A stretch of DNA of 63,984 bases, filler included, from Lenisia limosa (Eukaryota > Protista > Breviatea), in the NCBI GenBank assembly GCA_001655205.1. It is 10 parts of 10 records of this genome, joined end to end, with 100 filler letters (N's around TTAATTAATTAA, not from the genome) between each part and the next. Parts side by side here need not be neighbours in the genome. Positions count along the whole stretch, not along the records: positions 28,024 to 39,131 come from LPNZ01011355.1; positions 39,232 to 42,886 come from LPNZ01000272.1; positions 42,987 to 45,704 come from LPNZ01003340.1; positions 45,805 to 56,743 come from LPNZ01010807.1; 6 more parts are not named here. One strand, 5' to 3'. The position numbers were made by a program, and so were the translations under genes. Below, piece by piece: positions 37,101 to 48,800 of the stretch (the first letter of the stretch is position 1; every line of letters starts with the position of its first letter). The notes under the pieces are model-generated. The model did no database searches. It saw only the letters and a program-made list of their open reading frames with translations, and had not been told where the DNA came from.

Positions 37101-39131
37101 AAAGACAGAATTTCTCGATAAATCTTCTAAACTATCGATAATTTAAAGGTCTTTTTCGAACCGAAGTGAACCCCTTGTTACAGTATACTCCGCTTCACAC
37201 AGTTCAAGTTTGGAATATTATTATTTTCAGAAACCCAACATGACGGCTTTCATCGAGGGGATTGCCACTGATGATGGAATTCGTGTGGTTTTCCCAGAAG
37301 ACTTCAATGTGGGCTAGGTGGTCATATTCACACATGTACTGTATATAATGTTTGGAGCTCCGTGCAATTATTTAAAATTTGAAGTTAGACCTATGGTCAT
37401 GGGAACGCCATTTTAGACATTTCATTTCAAATGATGTCAGTTATTGTCTTCAAAAAATAATTGCATCTTCCACACAGTGAGATAATCCTTAATAACCACC
37501 CATATGATAATTAACCAAGTTTCGATGATACTCTGATAAACTCGAGATGAACCCTGGTGTTATCACCCTTCGTCATTTCAACTCAGAAGTAGTGGATATG
37601 GGGTATGGATGAGCATTTCGACTCGAAAATCGATCATATGCTCATGATCATATCTCAAGCTAGTGAAAATGGGTCTACATTTTTTTCTTTCCATCATCCC
37701 CACCAGCTGTCAAAAGATGAACACACTCTGCCAATGGAAGTTTCTGTTGGCCGGAACTTCCCTGCTTCGGGTGATGCCATGCAAACGTTTGAAATCTTGG
37801 TGAGTTCAGATTTACCCAAAACAAAAAATATTACTTTCTCGTTTTCCCGAGGGTATATCATATTTTTTGTTGGACAACATGTCATATTCACAGTTCTCAT
37901 GGACCCCGTCATTGAGCTACAGCATTCCAGCTTCAGTTCCAGTTAATCAAACGGGTGACTTCTCCATTTATGGAATATACCTAATTCCTGGTGGGGATGG
38001 TTCTTACACTTACATGGGTACTATTAGTCTAGATCAATGAATTTGGACAAGAGTAGTTTTTGGGATATAATACCTAGTTCCTGGTATGTGCTTAGGGCTT
38101 CACTTCGGTTTAAAAAGACTGAATTTCTCGATAAATCCTCGAAAACTATCTTTATTTGTGTTCTTTTTCGGGTGTGGATGGTAGCCTTTTTGTGTAGATT
38201 AAGAAATTGGACTGTTTCATACCTTTAACACCATAGTATGACATATATATAGCTACATGTATATATATGTATGTGTGGAGTTCTATAACCATGGTCTGGT
38301 CTGTATCTTTCCCATTAACAAATTACTATGCCTGTATCAACTGGGGATGGGGGAAGTGTTGAAAGCAGGTTATTGTTCAAGATTATTGACACTGATATCC
38401 GAACACAAACTTACGGTGACGTCAACTTTTAACAACTTTTTTCTTGTTCATTATCATTATTCTTATATGGCAATAATAATTACTTTTAATACACTAAACC
38501 TAAATCGCACAAGTTTCATTTGCCGTTCTTTTAATCATTCGACTGGATCAGGGTTAAGAACATAATCTGCTTTAACTCAATCCATGAATTATCATAATCA
38601 TTCAGGGCACACCTATGACATGCGGTTTGAAGAGACAAATACAAGTTAGGGTGGAGTCTTGTCTTGGTGCGTTGTATTTAAACGCATCCCATAACTAATT
38701 GCGGAGAGAGCACGAGAGTTCATCTGGAGTATCTCAGATCATCATCGATACTTGTTTTTGAAAAGAAAAAAAAAAAGAAAGNNNNNNNNNNNNNNNNNNN
38801 NNNNNNNNNNNNNNNNNNNNNNNNNNNNNNNNNNNNNNNNNNNNNNNNNNNNNNNNNNNNAAAATAGGTGTTTCCTTTGAACAAGATTGAAATTACTTTC
38901 CAAAACAAAACGAAAATAGGGCTGTCCAGGAGTTTTGATGTGTCCGGTTAAATTTTGAATGATGTTCAGATCTTTGACTCAACATGTATGTAATTAAATG
39001 TAGCAAAGTAGTCTTTTTTCCTATTTTTGACTACGAGAGAAATAGTAACCACAACAGACAACACAATTCAGTTTACATGCACCGCATTCAACAAGGGAGA
39101 ACTCTTCTGCCAATACCCCATGTTCACGGTG
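31170..39131 (+). CDS. Large probable extracellular/surface protein with FN3/Ig-like segments (partial)
   Basis: Many plus-strand AG-GT exons, e.g. FILKWKVPQPDFNETVICHIVSW, GHTYDMRFEETN, FSWTPSLSYSIP, FTCTAFNKGELFC. Boundaries approximate; could be more than one gene. Confidence 0.45.
31413..31474. mobile_element. MITE family 1, deleted derivative
   Basis: TA|GGGCTTCA...TCGAGGATTTAT...GGAAGCCC|TA. Confidence 0.75.
31609..31743. mobile_element. MITE family 2 (~135 bp)
   Basis: TA|GGCTCCGTGTAATTAATT...GAAGTGTGACATATTGTAATGGGAACTCCATTTCAGACACTTT...AATTGATTGCACGGAGACC|TA. Confidence 0.85.
32882..32975. mobile_element. MITE family 1A
   Basis: TA|GGGCTTCACTTTAGTTCGG...GCCGAAGTGAATCCC|TA. Confidence 0.9.
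33185..33667 (+). repeat. ~27-bp tandem minisatellite, about 19 units, derived from an exon-intron junction
   Basis: Unit CATTGTAAATCCTGTACGTGGGATGTC, with variant units CAATTTAAAGGATGTAAGTGGATGT; no unique spacers. Confidence 0.95.
33930..34012 (+). repeat. Triplicated exon end plus donor
   Basis: GATGGTCTTGTGGCTTATGCGTCAA|GTGAG repeated three times with decay. Confidence 0.85.
34082..34172. mobile_element. MITE family 1, subfamily B
   Basis: TA|GGGCTTCCCTAGGGTCCAA...TTGGGACCGTAGGGAAGCCA|TA with the family 1 TCGAGGATTTATCGAG core. Confidence 0.88.
35538..35673. mobile_element. MITE family 2
   Basis: TA|CAGTGCTCCGTGCAATTAATT...AATTAATTGCACAG; same internal core as 31609. Confidence 0.85.
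37077..37174. mobile_element. MITE family 1A
   Basis: GGGCTTCACTTCGGTT...CTTTTTCGAACCGAAGTGAACCCC. Confidence 0.88.
37354..37466. mobile_element. MITE family 2, degenerate
   Basis: GCTCCGTGCAATTA...GAAGTTAGACCTATGGTCATGGGAACGCCATTTTAGACA...AATTGCA. Confidence 0.75.
38095..38171. mobile_element. MITE family 1A, right end lost
   Basis: TA|GGGCTTCACTTCGGTTTAAAAAGACTGAATTTCTCGATAAATCCTCGAAAACTATC. Confidence 0.85.
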
Positions 39132-39175
39132 NNNNNNNNNNNNNNNNNNNNNNNNNNNNNNNNNNNNNNNNNNNN

Positions 39176-39187
39176 TTAATTAATTAA
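39176..39187. other. Artificial scaffold linker
   Basis: TTAATTAATTAA within N run. Confidence 0.97.
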
Positions 39188-39231
39188 NNNNNNNNNNNNN
39201 NNNNNNNNNNNNNNNNNNNNNNNNNNNNNNN

Positions 39232-42200
39232 TGCGTTTTACTGATAATCACTCCGCTATTGAGCTTATCGTCTAGGCCTGCCATCCCCTGACATTACCCC
39301 CGTCGCTGACCTGAATCTTCCCTCTGTTGAAAACTCTGAAAATAAAAGAATTGCACTGAAAATGGTATGTCGGTATATTTTCTCATTTTTTGGACTTCAG
39401 TTTTTGAGTGAATGATGCCTGTTTTTGCCTTAATCCGAAGCTTAATTACTCTATAGGAAATTGAAAAGGTCCGTGAAAAGCAAGGCCGTTCCAGTGACCA
39501 CAAGGAAGTCAACGTAACTTCACAGGCTGCACGGAAAGACGGCATCACTGTGCAGGCCATTGACTAGTATGACGCTATATGGATGTTTTTCTTGAGAGTC
39601 AAAAGGAAATCAATTTTCACCAACCTTTTAGCGACTTTGAAAACCCTGTCATCCAGGAAGATCTGATGATTGGTACCTACTCCAGACAAAAGAACGCCCC
39701 AAAACGGATCATCGTATGAGAGAATTCCCTTCTTGCTTTTCATTGTCTCACAGTCTACATGGTCTATTTAAGCTTTGCTTATTATTGCCATATGCAACAG
39801 AAGCGACTAAACTGTTATTTTGCAACCCTTGTGTTTTCCGCAAATATTTTGCCAACAGAGAAGATTTTGTCTTTTTTGTTTCATGTTTTTTTATACCCAC
39901 CTCCACACAGCCCTCGAGCGGAATCACAGGTCCTTTGGAAGTTGACCGTTCGCATTGGAAGGAAGGCGTAATGAACGGATCAGTGGTACTTTACAGTGTC
40001 ACTCCAGATAATGTGGGGGGAGGGGTGGCGGTATAGCTTTTCCCGTTGATGATCCAATGATAATAANNNNNNNNNNCCACAGGTCCTTTGGAAGTTGACC
40101 GTTCGCATTGGAAGGAAGGCGTAATGAACGGATCAGTAGTACTTTACAGTGTCACTCCGGATAATGTGGGGGGAGGGGTGGCGGTATAGCTTTTCCCGTT
40201 GATGATCCAATGATAATAACAAAATTATATCTGACGGAAGTCTCTGCTGTAAATTATGATATGATATTATTTGATAAGAATTGTGAATCACAGCCCTTCT
40301 TTCTATTCCTTTTGACGATTTCATTCTTACTAAACGCACAGAAAGCTGTCCCAGAATACCGACTGAAGTTTACCGAGGACCTGAAGCCTTTGGACGACTG
40401 TGTTGGCCTGACATGTCTCTGCCGTTGGACTGATGACCGTTTGTTTGCTCCAATTGACCCCAAGGTGGGAAGGGGGCTTCAGGCTGTAGGTGTGATATTT
40501 GAGGGGTAGTGGTGCGGCTGTGTATACATGTAGCTGGGGTTAATGTGCTATGATGAAGGAGATCGGTGATTATTTTAGTAGATTAAATNNNNNNNNNNCG
40601 CTCCAATTGACCCCAAGGTGGGAAGGGGGCTTCGGGCTGTAGGTGTGATATTTGAGGGGTAGTGGTGCGGCTGTAGCTGGGGTTAATGTGCTATGATGAA
40701 GGAGATCGGTGATTATTTTAGTAGATTAAATTATCGAATTCAGAACAATATCTAATAATGGAGAGATTACATCTGTTCAACTAGGATCAGAGAGACAATT
40801 TACTCGTACACATTTTTATAACTCCTTCCAGGCACCAATGATAGCATTGGATAAGGGCCAGCGTTTTACTCCATCTCACTCGGGATCTCTCACCAAACTA
40901 CGGATTACTAAGTGGAAAACCAACTTCGTTCACCCATCATCCTTGGTATGCAGTATTCTGTTTTGGTGTACCTTTTTAATCACCTATAATAATATCAGCG
41001 TTTATGTTTGAATAACACAAAACGTCATCTTTTTAGATTGTGAAGACTTTTGACAGCCCATCCCACATTCCCTGGGACAATTGGGTGGATCTCAACTGCG
41101 GTAGTTTTGAGTCGACTGAGCCTTCACAGCAGGTCTGGGTGTATATTCACTGACCGCGAAAGACCTGCCATAAATGACTAGTGATAGAGCTCAATATCCT
41201 ATGATATATTAAATTTTCGCGATATTGAATTTACGGAGATGAGAAGTTCACTGATAATCTTGTTGAGACGCATTTTTGATNNNNNNNNNNTCGGATTACT
41301 AAGTGGAAAACCAACTTCGTTCACCCATCATCCTTAGTATGCAGTATTCTGTTTTGGTGTACCTTTTTAATCACCTATAATAATATCAGCGTTTATGTTT
41401 GAATAACACAAAACGTCATCTTTTTAGATTGTGAAGACTTTTGACAGCCCATCCCACATTCCCTGGGACAATTGGGTGGATCTCAACTGCGGTAGTTTTG
41501 AGTCAACTGAGCCTTCACAGCAGGTCTGGGGGTATATTCACTGACCGCGAAAGATCTGCCATAAATGACTAGTGATAGAGCTCAATATCCATATGATATA
41601 TTAAATTTTCGCGGTCGGTATAGTTGCAGATATTGAATTTACGGAGATGAGAAGTTCACTGATAATCTTGTTGAGACGCATTTTTGATTGCATATCTTCA
41701 TCCATATTGTAAATTATGATGCGTGCTAGATGTGTCTTTCACCCACAATTACCACACGATCACCGCTAGATTCCCAGATAGTTTGGGTTTTAAAATGGGG
41801 CATTCATGGCTTTATTTAGCTGGAAAGACTGGCCAAAGAACGTGTCAGACAAATGAAGCACAGCACACCAAGAAATGTCGGTATATTTGGTCTTTTTTTT
41901 TATCTTTGATATTCTTAGAATTCAATTTAAACCTTTTTTTTTGATGTTTCCATTTTTCATCAAAGTGTTTTTATTTTTCATATTACCATAATGCCTTNNN
42001 NNNNNNNNNNNNNNNNNNNNNNNNNNNNNNNNNNNNNNNNNNNNNNNNNNNNNNNNNNNNNNNNNNNNNNNNNNNNNNNNNNNNNNNNNNNNNNNNNNNN
42101 NNNNNNNNNNNNNNNNNNNNNNTTGTTTCAATTGCGGCTACTGACGTAACAATTGGTCTTGAAGATAAAACTCTTGATACATTTGTGGGTGACTTATCGT

Positions 42201-42886
42201 ATTCCAAAATAGTTCACATTCAAAAATCAGTTTAAACGCTGATGTGTTCAACCCTGTCGGTTAAACATTGGGCTCTATTATTATCCTTTTCATTTGGTCA
42301 CAATATTCGGCCATCTCTTTGATCTGTTGATTTTGTTAAAATTACCTTTTTAGGCTATGAAGCGACAAGTGTCGGTCTACCTNNNNNNNNNNNNNNNNNN
42401 NNNNNNNNNNNNNNNNNNNNNNNNNNNNNNNNNNNNNNNNNNNNNNNNNNNNNNNNNNNNNNNNNNNNNNNNNNNNNNNNNNNNNNNNNNNNNNNNNNNN
42501 NNNNNNNNNNNNNNNNNNNNNNNNNNNNNNNNNNNNNNNNNNNNNNNNNNNNNNNNNNNNNNNNNNNNNNNNNNNNNNNNNNNNATCATCCGTATTTGAC
42601 TTTTTTTTACTCTGTAGTTGACGCTCAATTTGCGCACTAATACCATTTCAACCAAATCAAGCAATGTTAAAATCGCGTATTTGTCATACGACCAAGTATG
42701 CTACTCTGGACGAATCATAATTTGGAGAGTTTTGTGGCATTAATTACACGTTGATTAATCCCATTGGATTGTATTATCATTGTATTGTGATCCTATTCCA
42801 CAAGATTCATTCTTTAGCTTCAAATCAATCTCGACAACAAGGAGAAATACGCTGTGGATCTCCACAACGCTGCCTTAGAACTTTTG
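39232..42886 (+). CDS. Unidentified multi-exon protein fragment
   Basis: Exons DGITVQAIDYDFENPVIQEDLMI, GPLEVDRSHWKEG, LTCLCRWTDDRLFAPIDPK, HIPWDNWVDLNCG; some segments are assembled twice. Confidence 0.5.
39790..39910 (+). repeat. Family 3 copy ending at acceptor
   Basis: GCAACAGAAGCGACT...CAACCCTTGTG...GCCAACAGAGAAGATTTTG...TTTCATG...CCACACAG|CCC. Confidence 0.75.
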
Positions 42887-42930
42887 NNNNNNNNNNNNNN
42901 NNNNNNNNNNNNNNNNNNNNNNNNNNNNNN

Positions 42931-42942
42931 TTAATTAATTAA
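42931..42942. other. Artificial scaffold linker
   Basis: TTAATTAATTAA within N run. Confidence 0.97.
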
Positions 42943-43029
42943 NNNNNNNNNNNNNNNNNNNNNNNNNNNNNNNNNNNNNNNNNNNNTGTTTCATACCCAC
43001 AGAGATACCCCCCCCCCTTACGGCCACAG

Positions 43030-44925
43030 AAATCCCCTCCGCAGACTATGGAGACGACAAATTGGACTCAGAAGACATGGACATCAGCGCTGACGACTTG
43101 GCCAGGGTAAAGGCCCTTCTGGGGGTGAGGGGGGTCTTGAGAGTGAGGTGGGATATGTTGTTTCTCGTTTGGGGTTGTGAGGGGCCCACTCCGTTGCATC
43201 GCCGTACGAGGGCTAAATACGAAAACGTTGCTTGATATTGAGCCATAATACAAGAGGAATCGAGTTATTCTTACCCGAGCGATGGGATGCGGTGCTGCAG
43301 AAGCGACTGACCTGGGCTTTATTGGTTGTGTTATTATCAACCCTCGTGTGTTATCAGCCAACCGAGTTGATTCTGGGCCTTTTTTTTTTTTGTTTGTTTC
43401 ANNNNNNNNNNNNNNNNNNNNNNNNNNNNNNNNNNNNNNNNNNNNNNNNNNNNNNNNNNNNNNNNNNNNNNNNNNNNTCCCCCTTTTAAAAATTCAGCCC
43501 GAATCAAGAAACAAAAGAGACAAACGAGACTAATTCTCTCTTAGAACATGAAGAACGGACATGATCTGGCTGAATTACTGCAAGTGGCACTTGGAATGGA
43601 GGTGGGGGCACTCCCACTTCGTAAAGGCTATTAGAAATGCAGATGAATAATGGCTGAGCCTTCTCATATGTAATAAGCCGAGCCGTCATACATTGATATG
43701 ATATCTTCGCTGCTCTCAAATTGTGCCATGTATTACCCTGTTTATCCGTTCAGGATAGTGCACCTCCTGCCGAAGCCGAGGATCAAGAGATGGAGGAAAA
43801 AGCAGTAAATGAAGAAGAAGAAGAAGAAAAAATTCTTGAAGAAAAAGTAACTGTTGAAGAGGAGAAAGAATGTGAGGAAGAAAATGAAAGCCAGGAGGAA
43901 ACCAATGAGGAAAATTCCAAGAATGAAGAAGAGTATGGGGCTTCTTGGGGCCTATTGTATCGCATCAAAGAGCTCATTCTTGCAACACAAAAGGCAAAAG
44001 AAACTTCTGTTGCTTTGGAATAAAAGAGCACAATTAATTTTCAATGTTTACAAGGAATAAAAAGATTATTATATTGCCAAATCCCATCCATCATTTCTGG
44101 ACCAAAAAGGAGCTTGTTTTTGAATGGTTTTTACTCTTTTGATTTGTGGCTCTCGACTCAATATTTCAGACCAACATTCACTGAAGAGGAGGAGAAGGCA
44201 GCTCAAGCAGAGGCCGAGGCAGCAATGCAACAGGTCGGTGTACTTCAAGCTCACACATAGTCTGATGCTCTGTACATTTGTATGTAAGGCTTCATTTCGG
44301 TTCAAAAAAAGACTGAATTTCTCGATTAATCCTCAAAAACTATCGATAATTTACCGGTCTTTTTCAAACCGAAGTGAAACCCTATTTGTAAGTATCTGAT
44401 CATGCTTGAAGCCGTCAATTGTCTCGTTGCCTTAAATGTTTCAATTCGGAATCCCTTAATAAGTTTGAATCCTTAAATAGGTAACTCACATCTATTAGTG
44501 ATTACATGAACAATACCACTAGTATATTTCAACAGTTATCATTCGTCATGCACCTTGACTATTTACATGTGCAGACCGTTTAACAGATGTCCTACTCCTT
44601 ATTACACGTTGAAATACTTGTCCTTGACCTTATAGTACTTGGAGGTTATGGCGCTCAACAAAAGACGGTCTCAGCTCGATGTTGAATATGAGGCCATCAC
44701 TGACCTCTACAAGTCACAAAAAGTGGGATCTTGCTCTTTTATTTATTTTTATTGTTGGACCCCCCTTTTTTTTTCTTCAAGACCGACAGACAATAAACCT
44801 TGAATTTCCTGTCACCCCGCCCTGTGGTCCTCATAATTCAGATGCTGGAGGAGATGAAGTCTCAGCGAGCCTCTTTAGAGTCCATGATGAAGGAGGAAAG
44901 CCAAGGTTTGCCATGTGGATGTTGA
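43030..44925 (+). CDS. Glu-rich coiled-coil protein fragment
   Basis: Exons EDQEMEEKAVNEEEEEEK..., EEEKAAQAEAEAAMQQ, YLEVMALNKRRSQLDVEYEAI; 3' end uncertain. Confidence 0.55.
43281..43401 (+). repeat. Family 3 copy (3' end in gap)
   Basis: GATGGGATGCGGTGCTGCAGAAGCGACTGACCTGGGCTTT...CAGCCAACCGAGTTGATTCTGGGCC...TGTTTCA. Confidence 0.9.
44287..44382. mobile_element. MITE family 1A
   Basis: TA|AGGCTTCATTTCGGTTC...CAAACCGAAGTGAAACCC|TA; intronic. Confidence 0.88.
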
Positions 44926-45297
44926 GGAATATCTCTTTCATTTAATATACATACGTATTGGTCAGCATCTTTTTCATTGAATATTCGTCCTTTTCTCCCT
45001 TAATGTTCCATATTTCGAAACCGTGTGACATACCGGCAAATAGTTTCATGTTTTTTTTTTGTTTTTTTGTGTATGAATTTTATCACGTACTCTGATACCT
45101 TTACACAGTCCTAGCAACTCACCTATTAGCGTAACCCTCACTTCTCGGTTTGATATGGTTTTGTGATCTAGTTATTTAGTTAATTTGTAATTTTTAATGT
45201 ATACTATGGAGGGGTCTATGATATCCCCAATATCATATCAACAAAAGGAAGATTAGAACTGCATCAAGTCGATACATTTAATAAATATGGACAAAAC

Positions 45298-45560
45298 TTA
45301 GGCGTACACCACTGTGGCTTCAAATGTGTAGCTAATCTTCTCACTGTTGCTGAAGTTTTCGGCTTGCATCACAATCAGCTCATTGATGGGGGTTGTGAAG
45401 TTGGCAGAGAAGTTTAAAACAATCAGTGGTCTCTAGCGGAATTAGTTTTAAGATAGTTGTTTGCCTGAAAAGGCACATGAATCGTTCACTCACCGTGATA
45501 AAAGGAGTTGGTGAAGAGTCGGCACATGACTTTATCATATCACCTAGAAGAAATCATTTC
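45298..45560 (-). CDS. 3' end of an unidentified gene
   Basis: Terminal exon RPLIVLNFSANFTTPINELIVMQAENFSNSEKISYTFEATVVYA stop. Confidence 0.4.
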
Positions 45561-45748
45561 AATTTTCGAAGAAATTGATACACGTCAATTGTTGACCTCG
45601 AGGCTTTCATTCTTTTTTATTTAGCCTTACACACTCCTCGGGTCAGTTCCTATCACCACAACGTCCCCCCACCCGGGTCAGTTCCTATCACCACAACGTC
45701 CCCCNNNNNNNNNNNNNNNNNNNNNNNNNNNNNNNNNNNNNNNNNNNN

Positions 45749-45760
45749 TTAATTAATTAA
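45749..45760. other. Artificial scaffold linker
   Basis: TTAATTAATTAA within N run. Confidence 0.97.
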
Positions 45761-45836
45761 NNNNNNNNNNNNNNNNNNNNNNNNNNNNNNNNNNNNNNNN
45801 NNNNCCTTTGCTGTGATTGGTATAATCTGTCTTTAG

Positions 45837-48800
45837 GAACAATGTCCCGGGTCCCTTTGCTGTGTTGGAGTGTCAAATTTGTCGTTTTCCTTCCGGGGTA
45901 ACAATGTTCTTCGAGACTCCATGCATAGGTGAGATTTCACATAATATGTTTATAGTTAGTCTGTTACTTGGTCTTTTCTTACCTTGATCTTTGATGACCA
46001 AGACCAAGGGGTATGGACCGATTGTTCTGATGCCTTAGTGTCTTCCTTGATCTTGCACTGCAAAAGGGCCTTGATATGGTCATCGCGAATCCCGCAGCAC
46101 TGCTAGATGTAGACTCCATCCCCCAGGTCAGGGTTGATAAATATTCAAAGTAAACTGTCTCTGAAAGTTGGTTTCTTTTATGACTTAGGGGGTGTTGAAT
46201 CCTTGACTTTTTGGTGTAACATAAATTTGTTAGTGGAATCTAACGACAATGATAAACTGAAGCGTATTTTGACACATTTTTACCCTCCAGGATTTGCGGG
46301 ACTTTATCACAGCCGTTGTACTCAATACGCATCCAGATGCTGGCAATAACCTCCTGACATACGCTTCTTCTATGCAGAACACTGTGAGCAAGAATTCTTT
46401 CAAGGGTAGCAGATTGAGTTGATCTGATTATAATTACACTGATTGTATATATATATATATATAAAATATATATAAAGACACCATGAACCTAAACTCATTT
46501 AAGCATATCATATTCGTATTTCGTTGCTTTTAAAGAGGGTTTCTCCCCCAGTTTCCGAAAAACAATTATATATCATTGGAAAGAGTTGATTTAATTTCTC
46601 TGTGTACTGTTCGGATACTATCAGTATTTATCGTACATTTGCTCAGACCGAATAACTCCTGGTAGGAGCGAAGAGAGTCGGTAGTTCCGCCCTCTTGGCG
46701 AAACGACCCTCCATCAAGCCGCCTCCACTACGCTCTTCTCTCTGGATCAGCTGAGTTTGTCCGGACAGATGCCCTTGAGTGTGTCTCGGAGGTTTGTTGG
46801 TCTGATATCGCGGAACCTAAATGGTCTATACATCTTCGAGGTGAACCGGTACTGACGAAAAGCCAAGCAAAGTGTTGACACACAATTGTCTTTTTTTTAA
46901 AAAAAAAAACCATCCACCAGGTCGTTCTAACTACTATAGATGAACATGGCAAATGAGAGGGACGCTGCATTGGCAGTCATTGACGGACCGCTTATGACGG
47001 CTATGGCCAAAATTGGTGATTTGTTCGAGAAAGGGGCGTTCTATCTTCCACAGGTATGAGGATTGAGCCCTTAACAGTTTTAGAGATAACGTTTTTTTGC
47101 ACTTTCGGATTTCTAATTTCATAGAACTCTTTTGATCCTCCTTTTTCCTTCTGTTTTTGGTAGCATTTAAGAATATTCTTCATTAATTTTCTCTCTCAGT
47201 GATAAATCATCGTTGTAGGTGGTAAAGTCTGCTCGAGTGATGCAAGTGATTGTCTCGGCTCTTACCCCATTGATGTACAGTCGGAATGATGAGGATGGTA
47301 GGCATTCTGGGTTGTTAGAATTGTGCACGTGGGAATATCATATTCAAAGCAACTATTTTAAGGATGCATTCACCCGCTCAGAGTCACGAAGCGTCATGGT
47401 CCTGGGTACAGTGAAAGGTGATGTTCATGACATTGGCAAGAACATCGTGTCTGTGGTGGTTGAGTGCAACGGAGTCAAGGTCGTGGATGCAGGTGTCAGA
47501 TGCCTGCCGGAGAAGTTTGTTAAACTGGCCAAAGACAACAAGGCCAATTTTATAGGACTTTCTGGTAAGCAAAAGGGGAACTTTGTCTTGTACCCTTTGA
47601 CACTTTGTACTTGAATATGTGACACCGTTAAGTATATGCACACATTTCCAATAGAGTTGATTTTTTTTTTCGTCGCCTCACTGCACCCCCTCTCCAGGTC
47701 TCATTGCTCCTTCTTTAACTGAAATGGAGTCAGCTTTGAAACACTTTGCATCCGAAGGTAGGTGTTTGCTTATACTTCACCAATCTTAGTGTGGACTTTT
47801 GTTTGATTTTGCTCTTAATGATTTTTTTTAATATTACACTGTCACTGAAAAGAGAGAAAAGAGGAAGCAATGCATTCCACTTTTCTCTTCTTTCTGTTTA
47901 TCTCTTCTGCTGTATACTTGATTGAACTTTCTAATTACCCAACGAATAGGTCTCAATCTTCCTGTTCTTATTGGTGGAGCAACAACCTCAGCCGTACATA
48001 CAGCGGTCAAATTAGCGCCTTTGGTGAGGGGTTGTTCCGTTCAGTACATAAATATATCGATATAGAGTTTGGTAATACATGCACATATACAGTACACAGC
48101 AAAGAATACTGGGGGAAATGATGCAGCATTATTATTGTAAATTATTGATATGCTCCCCCAAACACCATCACCCCCTCACCACTCAGTACCCGGGGCCTGT
48201 GGTGCACATTAAGGACGCAAGCATGGCCTCACAGGCCCTTAGGAGTCTCACTGTCAATTACGAGGTTGGGGCGGCAATTCTCCTACTATTTAGGTGTTTC
48301 CAAAGGATACAGGCATAGTTCCGAATTAAGGATCTCGCACTTGAATTGACTTATTCGTCAACGTTTTTTTTATAATCATAAACCAAGATTGGAATGGTAA
48401 ATTATAATCTTACCACCTTTCTCTTTCTTTATGTTACGATTATCGGTTAAAAACACAGTTAGAATAACGGATGTGATGATGAGGTGTAAGACTAAATTCA
48501 GCTCTCAAAAGGCCTGTTCTCTCCCTCAACACCTCAAGTCCAGCTTTTGCGTCAAAAGGCTAATGACAGACATGCTAATAAATTAGGACTTTGTGAGCAA
48601 ACTTAAGCATGATCAAGCTGCTCTTCAACTCGCTCACTTTGAAAAGCCCGAAATGAAAGGGGTTTGCTTTGGTTTTTCCTTAGGGCTGCATTCTTTCTCA
48701 TAGCTTCAATAATAATTTTGAAGTGCAGCCTCGTGAATCTTTTACACAACACAGCTGATCCCCCTCCAAGAAGCCCGAAACAAAGCACCAACATACCCTG

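Noticed and set aside
44905-44925. C-terminal CXC prenylation motif (GLPCGC-stop)
   Set aside because: CAAG|GTTTGC just upstream is a typical donor in this genome, so the motif may be intronic; not decidable without transcripts.
45641-45704. 35-bp direct repeat at scaffold end
   Set aside because: Sits at a contig end next to N padding; likely an assembly artefact.
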